DNA of 48,427 nt from Chiloscyllium plagiosum. Lineage: Eukaryota. A program made the position numbers and the translations under genes. The notes below the pieces were generated by a model that ran no database searches, had not been told where the DNA came from, and saw only the letters and a list, made by a program, of their open reading frames with translations. Positions 13,050-22,497 of this stretch are shown piece after piece. Where the stretch lies: the NCBI RefSeq assembly GCF_004010195.1, contig NC_057749.1, positions 18,530,833 through 18,579,259 of the forward strand, written 5' to 3'. The first letter of the stretch is position 1. The number at the start of each line of letters is the position of its first letter.

Positions 13050-13596
13050 TAACATTGTGCTTATTGACTCCTTCGGGCCATGATGTCTGATTTTGACGTT
13101 TTTCCAAGGGCTGGCTGCCTCAGTCACAGCTTTTCCTTTTGATGGTGACTTTTTGTTGTCCCTTAACGTTGATGGTATGACCTCAATCTTCTGTCTTTCC
13201 TCACTCTTCGACCATATCCTCATGTCTCTGCAAATTAGCATCTGAGCTGTGGAAAGGCTGACGTCCATTTCTCCCTGTAACTAAAATATCATCCAAGGAA
13301 CATCTTTCCAAATCACCACAATCTGATCCGTGGTGCAGTGGAATAACACAGGCGTGGATGTGATTCCAAATGGAAGTCTCTTGTATTTGAATAGTCTTTC
13401 GTGTGTTGCCATCGTGAAGTATTTCTGTGACTCAGGATCTACATTTACCTGGAGAGAGTAAAACTGACCTTGGTCAGGCCTGAAAAGCTGACTCCAACAA
13501 AAAGGTCATTGATTAAAGATACTGTGTTGGATTAATACTGACCTTAAAATCACTGGGGGTCTGTATGGATCCATCTTTCTCCATCATTGGTACCAT
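13050..13596 (-). mobile_element. Decayed Ty3/Gypsy reverse transcriptase fragment
   Basis: KDGSI..DFKVSINP, DPESQKYFTMATHERLFKYKRLPFGITS, LDDILVTG, GHTI, KSPSKGKAVTEAASP across frameshifts. Confidence 0.85.
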
Positions 13597-13913
13597 AGAT
13601 TAGATTCCCTACAGTGTGGAAACAGGCCATTTGGCCCAACAAGTCCACACCAACCCCCTGGAGTGTAACCCACCCACCCAATCCCCGACTCTATATTCCC
13701 CTCTGACTAATGCACCTAACACTACGGGCAATTTAGCGTGGCCAATTCACCTAACCTGCACATCTTTGGACTGTGGGAGGAAACCGGAGCACCCGGAGGA
13801 AACCCACGCAGACACGGGGAGAACGTGCAAACTCCACACAGTCAGTCGCCTGAGGTGGGAATTGAACCTGGGTCTCAGGCGCTGCGAGGCAGCAGTGCTA
13901 ACCACTGTGCCAC
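13597..13913 (-). mobile_element. HE1-like tRNA-derived SINE
   Basis: tRNA-like head with A/B boxes (gtggcacagtggttagc, ggttcaattccc), central domain, (ctaat)n tail. Confidence 0.9.
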
Positions 13914-13984
13914 TCTCACAATATTCTTCCCAATAAAGCTGGAACATTTCCACTGGTCCAGTGTAAGGACAGATCTTCAGGGTG

Positions 13985-14294
13985 GCCGTATCACCGGGCA
14001 GGGTCACTCAGACTGACCGTGTCACCGGGCAGTGTCCGTCAGACTGACCGTATCACCGGGCAAGGCCCTCAGACTGACCGTATCACTGGGCAGGGCCCCC
14101 AGACTGACCGTATCACTGGGCAGGGCCCCCAGACTGACCGTATCACTGGGCAGTGTCCCCCAGACAGACCATGTCACCGGGCAGTGTCCGTCAGACTGAC
14201 TGTATCACCGGGCAGTGTCCGTCAGACTGACTGTATCACCGGGCAGGGCCCCCAGACTGACCGTGTCACTGGGCAGGGTCACTCAGACTGACCG
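13985..14294. repeat. 30-bp minisatellite running into assembly gap
   Basis: Unit ctgaccgtatcactgggcagggcccccaga, ~10 copies visible. Confidence 0.9.
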
Positions 14295-14794
14295 NNNNNN
14301 NNNNNNNNNNNNNNNNNNNNNNNNNNNNNNNNNNNNNNNNNNNNNNNNNNNNNNNNNNNNNNNNNNNNNNNNNNNNNNNNNNNNNNNNNNNNNNNNNNNN
14401 NNNNNNNNNNNNNNNNNNNNNNNNNNNNNNNNNNNNNNNNNNNNNNNNNNNNNNNNNNNNNNNNNNNNNNNNNNNNNNNNNNNNNNNNNNNNNNNNNNNN
14501 NNNNNNNNNNNNNNNNNNNNNNNNNNNNNNNNNNNNNNNNNNNNNNNNNNNNNNNNNNNNNNNNNNNNNNNNNNNNNNNNNNNNNNNNNNNNNNNNNNNN
14601 NNNNNNNNNNNNNNNNNNNNNNNNNNNNNNNNNNNNNNNNNNNNNNNNNNNNNNNNNNNNNNNNNNNNNNNNNNNNNNNNNNNNNNNNNNNNNNNNNNNN
14701 NNNNNNNNNNNNNNNNNNNNNNNNNNNNNNNNNNNNNNNNNNNNNNNNNNNNNNNNNNNNNNNNNNNNNNNNNNNNNNNNNNNNNNNNNNNNNN
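14295..14794. other. Assembly gap (500 N)
   Basis: Run of n. Confidence 1.
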
Positions 14795-14799
14795 GGCAG

Positions 14800-15260
14800 T
14801 GGGAAGGCAAGTGATGTGATACTCACCACAGATATCCTAGCCTTTGACCTGCTCTGGTAGCTGAAGTATTTACATGGCTGGTCCTGTTCAACTTCTGGTC
14901 AACAGTAATCCTAAAATATTGTTTGCAAATTCAGTGATGATGTTATTCGTGGTCAAGGGGCAATGGTTCGATTCTGTCCTGTTAAAGATGGTCATTGCCT
15001 GGAACTTGTGTGGTATGAATGTTACTTGTCAATTGACAGGCCAAGTCTGGATAGTGTCTACATCTTGCTGCACTTGAGCATGAACTGAGGAGTCGTGAAT
15101 GGTGCAGAACACTGTGCAATCAGCAGCGACACCCCCGTTCTGACCTACTGATGGAGGGCAGGTCACTGATCAAGCAGCTGGAGATGTCACCCTGAGGAAC
15201 TCCTGCAGAGATGTCCTGAAGCTGAGATAAATGTTTTCCAACAACTGCGACCATCTTCCA
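14800..15260 (-). mobile_element. CR1-clade LINE RT fragment abutting the viral element
   Basis: Homologous to 4990-5505 (cctgaggaactcctgcagagatgtc; gatggtcattgcctgg). Confidence 0.7.
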
Positions 15261-15261
15261 G

Positions 15262-15860
15262 GCAAGTGTCTCTGGTAGAATCCAAACTAAATATCAGTGC
15301 GCAGGTAATTTCTAATAAGTGCTTCTTGCTACTGTTCATGACTCCTTCCTCAATTAGTTGGATTGAATTGTCCTGCTTTTTGTGATTGTGCAGTGTTCCA
15401 CACAATCTGGTAATTGCAGTCCTGAATTCTGAGTAGTAGAGACCTGGAAACGCGGTGACAATGGGAGGAAGGCCCATGTAGGACGGACCACTATACACAA
15501 AAAAAATCAAATAGAAAAGGAACAGGAATCTAGATCCACATTGTCCATGTGACATGGGACAACCAGAAAACGCTCAAGGACTGGGGGATAATGACAATCC
15601 TAAGCTCCACGGGAAAGGGAGAACACAAAACATGACTGTGGTCCCCAGAGAAAGAAAAGGTAGGTGTAGAGTCTTCTAACACATGACAGACAAGTTTAGT
15701 TATAGAGGAACTTGATTGTCTAATCATGTACAATAACTGTAAATCCAAACCCTCCTCATAAGTCAGAAAAATCAATAATCCTAGCCTGTGCAAGGAGCCA
15801 ATGATAATGTTTAAATTCACCGCTGTTTTATGAATAAATGAGTCAGATAGCAACACAATT
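15262..15860 (-). pseudogene. P: Viral polymerase, reverse transcriptase domain (frameshifted)
   Basis: QARIIDFSDL (~15788; cf. ESRLVVDFSQF), IKFLYN*TCLSCVRRL (cf. MRFPRYWSPNLSTLRRI), FSGDHSHVL..PFPV (cf. ISLDLSQAFYHLPL), MG/LPLSPRFQVSTT (~15477; cf. PMGVGLSPFLL..FTT), KQDN at the YMDD position, SSKKHLLEIT (cf. NARHLNSIS). Confidence 0.7.
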
Positions 15861-15879
15861 GCAAAACAAGAGTAATTTC

Positions 15880-16350
15880 ATTGATTGGTTTTGAGTATTT
15901 AGTAACACATTTATACTGACCATTAGTGATTATTTAGGCCTGAGTTCTATGTACTCACTTAAAGGGTGATGGATGCTTTGTGATACAGTACACTCTAAAT
16001 GTGATGTCTATATTGACAGAGTATTGCAGAGATGATTAGCTGGTAACAGACTGAATGGAAAGACAAGCAGATGAATGGAGAAATGAATGAATAATGCAAA
16101 CTTCGAAAAGGAAGGAGGAAAACTGAAGGTGAAAATGGATGGGTGTGGATAAGGAGTTAGAAAGGGATGAAAGAAAGAAACAATGGATGAACTACATGCC
16201 AACATTGGTCAGTTTGGTTCTTTACAGCATGTTTTCCAGCCACCACAAACTCACCCCATATTGATAGGTTAAATATTCCATTGCCCAATGGTCTAGCCCA
16301 AAGCACCATTGTCCATGATTCAGGTACGAGGCTTCACATTGAGACAATGG
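15880..16350 (-). pseudogene. P: Viral polymerase, terminal protein domain (decayed)
   Basis: KLTNVGM/SSSIVSFFHPFLTPYPHPSI (cf. HBV KVGNFTGLYSSTVPVFNPxWxTPSFPNI), LLVFPFSLLP (cf. LIMPARFYP), weak T3-like NGQYKCVTKYS. Confidence 0.55.
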
Positions 16351-18655
16351 GCCGGGTACGGGGTTTCACACTGAGACAATGGGCCGGGTACCAGGTTTCA
16401 CACTGAGACAATGGGCCGGGTACGGGGTTTCACACTGAGACAATGGGCCGGGTACGGGGTTTCACACTGAGACAATGGGCCGGGTACGGGGTTTCACACT
16501 GAGACAATGGGCCGGGTACGGGGTTTCACACTGAGACAATGGGCCGGGTACGGGGTTTCACACTGAGACAATGGGCCGGGTACGGGGTTTCACACTGAGA
16601 CAATGGGCCGGGTACGGGGTTTCACACTGAGACAATGGGCCGGGTACCAGGTCTCACACTGACACAATGGGCCGGGTACGGGGTTTCAAACTGAGACAAT
16701 GGGCCAGGTACGGGGTTTCACACTGAGACAATGGGCCGGGTACCAGGTCTCACACTGACACAATGGGCCGGGTACGGGGTTTCAAACTGAGACAATGGGC
16801 CAGGTACGGGGTTTCACACTGAGACAATGGGCCGGGTACCAGGTCTCACACTGACACAATGGGCCGGGTACGGGGTTTCAAACTGAGACAATGGGCCGGG
16901 TACCAGGTCTCACACTGACACAATGGGCCGGGTACGGGGTTTCAAACTGAGACAATGGGCCGGGTACCAGGTCTCACACTGACACAATGGGCCGGGTACG
17001 GGGTTTCAAACTGAGACAATGGGCCGGGTACGGGGTTTCAAACTGAGACAATGGGCCGGGTACGGGGTTTCAAACTGAGACAATGGGCCGGGTACGGGGT
17101 TTCACACTGAGACAATGGGCCGGGCACCAGGTTTCACACTGAGACAATGGGCCGGGCACCAGGTTTCACACTGAGACAATGGGCCGGGCACCAGGTTTCA
17201 CACTGAGACAATGGGCCGGGCACCAGGTTTCACACTGAGACAATGGGCCGGGCACCAGGTTTCACACTGAGACAATGGGCCGGGCACCAGGTTTCACACT
17301 GAGACAATGGGCCGGGCACCAGGTTTCACACTGAGACAATGGGCCGGGCACCAGGTTTCACACTGAGACAATGGGCCGGGTACCAGGTCTCACACTGAGA
17401 CAATGGGCCGGGTACCAGGTCTCACACTGAGACAATGGGCCGGGTACCAGGTCTCACACTGAGACAATGGGCCGGGTACCAGGTCTCACACTGAGACAAT
17501 GGGCCGGGTACCAGGTCTCACACTGAGACAATGGGCCGGGTACCAGGTCTCACACTGAGACAATGGGCCGGGTACCAGGTCTCACACTGAGACAATGGGC
17601 CGGGTACCAGGTCTCACACTGAGACAATGGGCCGGGTACCAGGTCTCACACTGAGACAATGGGCCGGGTACCAGGTCTCACACTGAGACAATGGGCCGGG
17701 TACCAGGTCTCACACTGAGACAATGGGCCGGGTACCAGGTTTCACACTGAGACAATGGGCCAGGTACGGGGTTTCACACTGAGACAATGGGCCGGGTACG
17801 GGGTTTCAAACTGAGACAATGGGCCAGGTACGGGGTTTCACACTGAGACAATGGGCCGGGTACGAGGTTTCAAACTGAGACAATGGGCCGGGTACCAGGT
17901 TTCACACTGAGACAATGGGCCAGGTACGGGGTTTCACACTGAGACAATGGGCCGGGTACGGGGTTTCACACTGAGACAATGGGCCGGGTACGGGGTTTCA
18001 CACTGAGACAATGGGCCGGGTACGGGGTTTCACACTGAGACAATGGGCCGGGTACGGGGTTTCACACTGAGACAATGGGCCGGGTACGGGGTTTCACACT
18101 GAGACAATGGGCCGGGTACGGGGTTTCACACTGAGACAATGGGCCGGGTACGGGGTTTCAAACTGAGACAATGGGCCAGGTACGGGGTTTCACACTGAGA
18201 CAATGGGCCGGGTACGGGGTTTCAAACTGAGACAATGGGCCAGGTACGGGGTTTCACACTGAGACAATGGGCCGGGTACGGGGTTTCAAACTGAGACAAT
18301 GGGCCAGGTACGGGGTTTCACACTGAGACAATGGGCCGGGTACGGGGTTTCAAACTGAGACAATGGGCCAGGTACGGGGTTTCACACTGAGACAATGGGC
18401 CGGGTACCAGGTCTCACACTGAGACAATGGGCCGGGTACCAGGTCTCACACTGAGACAATGGGCCGGGTACCAGGTCTCACACTGAGACAATGGGCCGGG
18501 TACGGGGTTTCACACTGAGACAATGGGCCGGGTACCAGGTTTCACACTGAGACAATGGGCCGGGTACCGGGTTTCACACTGAGACAATGGGCCGGGTACC
18601 GGGTTTTACACTGAGACAATGGGCCGGGTACGGGGTTTCACACTGAGACAATGGG
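16322..18655. repeat. 32-bp minisatellite, ~73 copies, inside the viral element
   Basis: Unit cactgagacaatgggccgggtacggggtttca with block-wise variants (taccaggtct, caccaggttt, caaactga). Confidence 0.97.
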
Positions 18656-18737
18656 GAGGAGGAACTGGAACAGAAAATACTGGCCCACATCTTCTAGTCA
18701 GCACCACAACCACTGTCAAATACTAATTAGACAGAAA

Positions 18738-19150
18738 CTACCCACTTACCTGGATATGATTTCTCTGGCTAAACCGCTGAAGGCTGATCCTGAAAAACGT
18801 CAACAACACGGAAACCTTGGAGATAGCAGCGAGGAGAATTGGTGCAGAGTCCGTACCCCCTATCTCTCGTAGTTTGATAAGTGTTCGAAAGTCCCAAAGC
18901 TTCTCAGTGTGTTTATGAAAGACTGAGTGGGTGAGCAAAGGAGTGCTGTAATAGGTGTGCAGAGGAGTGTATGGGGTGAGAGGGTCGGATGGGGGATTGG
19001 TTGGGTGTAATGAGGTGGTCATCAGGGCCTTGCCAGTGACAGTGATTGGAGGGTTATCATAAGTATAGTTACGCAAGAGTTGCCACGAGGAATTTTCTGC
19101 TTAACATTTCCGAGGTGACAACATAGTTAAGTTAGTCTGTACTGTTCAAA
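18738..19150 (-). pseudogene. C: Viral core (capsid) protein remnant
   Basis: Open frame 19076-18738 with HSVFHKHTEKLWDFRTLIKLREIGGTDSAPIL (cf. HBV ..NAPIL linker; recalled nackednavirus H-x-EKL-x-D..SAPI); lies directly upstream of TP. Confidence 0.7.
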
Positions 19151-19332
19151 CACAGAGGAAGAGACACTTATGAAGGGTCCCAGGGGAATTGCTTATTTGA
19201 AGTTGAAACTGCTGTCCAATTCCCAGGGAGTCAGTGTATCGAGATGTCAATGGGATCCTGACACATGTAGGATCATATGTCCAAGACCAGAAGATCTGGT
19301 TGAACAGAATTTTGACACACTGAACATTGTAT

Positions 19333-20695
19333 GATTGATGTGGAGGAGCCGGTGTTGGACTGGGCTGGAGAAAGTCAAAAATCCCATGACACCGGGTTAT
19401 AGTCCAACAGGTTGAGTCGAACCTTTCAGAGCCCTCACTGCTTCATCAGGCAGCTAGTGAGAGAGAATACATCAGACACAGAATGTACAGTAAAAAAAAA
19501 TCAACATATGTGAATGTACTGAACCTAGATGGCTATTAAGTCTTTAATCCACTAGAATGGAGGTTCAGGTTTTGATAACTTCAGGTTTTATCAGAATAAA
19601 ACCTTAAGGTCAGACAATGTATTTTAGGTGTGAGGAGGTGTTTCAAGTCTATTTGTATCTGTCAGACTGGTTCTATTTCCAAATTAGGAATTTATAAAAT
19701 GCCACACTGACTGATTATGCAGTTTTTAACACAACAGAATATATCTGTTCCATCAGGGATGTTCCCTCCCAGTTGGGGAACACTTCAATGGTAAGGAACA
19801 TTCAGCCTTGGATCTTTGGGTGTCCGTCCCCCAAGGTGGGCTTCAGGATAAGCAACAATGCAGAGTTGCTGAGCACTGACTGATAGCCAAGGTCAGTACC
19901 CGTGGGGATGGCCTCAGCCAGGATCTTGGGTTCATGTCACACAACAGGTGACTCCATTGCACTCTACACTCTCTCACACACATAGGCAGACACTCACACA
20001 GACCTCTCTCATATACACACACACACACACACTCGCACAAGGCATATAACATCTTCACACTTGTACACACTGTCAAGCGCGCACGCTCTCACACACGTAT
20101 TCCTTCACACTCATTCTCAAGCACACATACACACACACACACACAGTCTCTCCCTCACACAGACACACACACACACACACAGTCTCTCCCTCACACAGAC
20201 ACACAAATTATTGGGTGAATTTACATTTGCAGATTTGTATTTGCAGATACATTCTATTTTGTTCAAAAAGCACACAACCTGTAGGCAGCCAGTCAATGTG
20301 GCATTTTATAAATTCCTACTTTGGAAATTAAACCAGTCTGACAGATACAAACAGACATGAAAAACGGCCTGACACTTAAAATACATTGTCTGACCCCGAG
20401 GTCTGAACCTTTGTTCTGACAAAACCTGATGTTATCTTGGGACAGTGACTTGAAAGAAATTCAATCGAAACCTGCACCTCCATTCTAACTGATAGATTAA
20501 AGACTTAATAGCCATCTAAGTTTGTTCAATACATTCACATGAGTTGCATGAGCCTTTGGTCGTTTACTTTAAGTTCTGTGTCCGATGTATTGACTCTCAC
20601 TAGGTGCTTGAGGAAGGTATGGGTGCTCTAAAAGCCTGCAGGTTTCAAATAAACCTGTTGGACTATAACCCTGGTGTTGAGTGATTTTTTTTACC
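19333..20695 (+). mobile_element. Penelope-like element with inverted terminal duplication and GIY-YIG C-terminal fragment
   Basis: ccgggttatagtccaacaggtt at left is inverted vs aacctgttggactataaccctgg at right; VGEHFNGKEHS...LIAK..T..DGL..DLGFMSH at ~19770-19945; (CA)n tracts. Confidence 0.85.
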
Positions 20696-20720
20696 TTTTA
20701 TTATTGAGTTGAAGGTACAC

Positions 20721-21402
20721 TGTTATGGACCAGGCCAGACCCCCCTCAAACATTTCAAGAAAGTAGCCCAGACCCTATCTTTGCTGGTTGTTTTAAGCAG
20801 GTGTAAAGTGGATATTCCAGGAGAGATGCAGCTAGTCAAACTACTTAGTTTTAAACAAAACTGAATTTTTTGACAAGATTACTCAATGAAACACAAAGAG
20901 AACAGAATACTGCATTAACTTAACCTATCTGAAAACCCAACAAATTATCCCAACTTAATGATGCTGTTCCAAATTCCTGCAACAATCCCCATAAACACCC
21001 CATGGCAAAAAAGATCAAATCAAACACAGGGTCTTACAGGAGAGAGAGAGAGGAGATGGCAGAGGGACTCAGCATGGGAACACATTCTTCCATGGAGCTG
21101 CTTCTTGGACCAGCAGCCTCAAACTGACCGCCTGCTTTCAGTGATCAGCCAGACTGCTAAAACCAAACCAAACCAAACCAGAGAAAAGCTGAGCTGTGAG
21201 GACTGGCCACTCCTCTTTCATTGTACAAGTGTTTCTTTTAAACTTGAAAGCCTTTTATTTGAGATAGTATCTGTTAGCTATAATCGAATTGGCCCTAAAA
21301 TCCTTCAAACTTTGATTTTTTAGAATCACTGCTTTTACAAACTCTCTGAGATGAAAGCCAAGGACAGCATAACCTTGTTAAAGGAGCAGCATCATCATCA
21401 CA
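20721..21402 (-). mobile_element. Solo LTR
   Basis: tgttatg...catcaca termini, 5-bp flanks tacac/cacac (1 mismatch), minus-strand AATAAA at ~21255, no coding capacity. Confidence 0.75.
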
Positions 21403-21693
21403 CACACTGCATGGCTACGGTTTACTCACTGCTACCAACACAGTCTGGTCACACAAAGTGAGCTGCGTCAATACCTTTTCTTTTTTGCCTTGAGGTCCGT
21501 GTGAATCACTGACGTCAATGTAGGTTTCAGTGAGAGATAGTGCTGGGATTCCTACACATAAGACGGCAAATACGCAACCATTGGACTAGTAGACACCGGT
21601 TCCTCCACAGGTCCATCGAAGAGTAGATGAAAATGCAAGAAGAAATTTGCAAATAGTTCATCCTCGGGGCTATTTATGACAATGAAAGCATGT

Positions 21694-21706
21694 AATATAT
21701 ATATAA
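21694..21706 (-). promoter_or_regulatory. Candidate viral pregenomic-RNA TATA box
   Basis: ccctTATATATATATtaca just downstream of the RNase H end and upstream of small ORFs/core; could be a simple (TA)n. Confidence 0.35.
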
Positions 21707-21739
21707 GGGTGAAACCTAGACCACAACTTAAATGTAACC

Positions 21740-22130
21740 CTTATGATGAAGGTATAAACAAGACAGGTCCCATAAAATCCCATCAAAGCAGAATCCTGCA
21801 GGAAAACTCAAATCCCTCAGGAATATTGTTGACTGAAGGAAGGCCAGAAGCTGTCAGCAAGTGATTGATCTTTTTTTGGGAACTGACAAGTTAACGATCA
21901 CTTCTGCCACATGGATAGGCAGGTTACTAGGCAACACTTTGCAAATTGTTTAAACACCACATTTAATACCGTAAATGTCTTTGGAAAGGTTACTGCACTT
22001 TTACTCATCTGGTAAGAATAAGATGCCAATTTGGGAAGTGGAAAGCTCCCTCAGAGACTCATTCTCATGACATTGGATGCAGCCCAAGCATATGTTATGG
22101 TAGTTGGATGATTCAATATTTACCTAATAA
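21740..22130 (-). pseudogene. P: Viral polymerase, RNase H domain (frameshifted)
   Basis: SFPLPKLASYS (22041; cf. DHBV SVPLPRVATDA), LPIHVAEVI (21922-21896; cf. HBV LPIHTAELL), LADS (cf. SDS/TDN), NNIPEGFEFSCRILL (cf. QTLPWHFAVLAKQLL), VLFIPSS (21764; cf. LYFVPSK). Confidence 0.85.
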
Positions 22131-22384
22131 TCAGAAGTAAGGTTCTTGCTAACTTGAGAACTGCTTAATAAAAAAAACATGCACTTGAAATTTCACTTTG
22201 CACTTATCAGGACCAACACAAAAATACCAAATATATGCATTTTTATTGGCAATGTCCTGCCAATTGCTGCCACTTGGGATGCCAACTCTGGCTGGAAGTA
22301 TTCCATGAGGGTTTATCACCTGACATCCTTTCAGGCCACCCCCAGCCTGACACATCCATCTTCACTGGATCACCTTCCACGACC

Positions 22385-22497
22385 AATCTGAAAGCAGAAT
22401 TCTGAAGAGTCTGACTGGACTTGAAACGTTAACTCTGTTTCTCTCTCCACAGATGTTGCTAGACTTACTGAGTTTCTCCAGCATTTTCTGCATTTGT
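22385..22497 (+). mobile_element. Penelope terminal fragment
   Basis: ctgaagagtc...gaaacgttaactctgtttctctctccacagatg...; same family as 32772. Confidence 0.6.

Larger units (their letters stand above)
15260..22150 (-). mobile_element. Endogenous hepadna-like (nackednavirus-type) viral element, decayed and interrupted by later insertions
   Basis: Collinear minus-strand motifs for RNase H, core, terminal protein and RT in circularly permuted hepadnaviral order; ~2.5 kb after removing insertions. Confidence 0.8.

Noticed and set aside
10987..13268. Long ORFs (up to 445 aa) on both strands
   Set aside because: Translations of a stop-poor 19-bp tandem repeat
14215..14829. ORFs of 175-199 aa
   Set aside because: Artefacts of the N gap
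16322..18655. CRISPR-like array (32-bp period)
   Set aside because: Head-to-tail repeats without unique spacers, no cas genes, eukaryotic context
21428..21552. Apparent minus-strand host exon (tag|GAATCC...GCA|gtgagt; IPALSLTETYIDV...)
   Set aside because: No recognisable host protein and no consistent exon chain; lies between viral RNase H and core, so viral small-ORF origin is more parsimonious
19190..21620. Retroviral env reading (WTCGG, KKKR, LPGNWT)
   Set aside because: Motifs are in different frames and the wrong order, with no TM/ISD or CX6CC; surrounding motifs are hepadnaviral
22040..22100. Plus-strand LPQRLILMTLDAAQAY resembling an RT motif A
   Set aside because: Isolated; the opposite strand carries several ordered RNase H motifs, so likely chance
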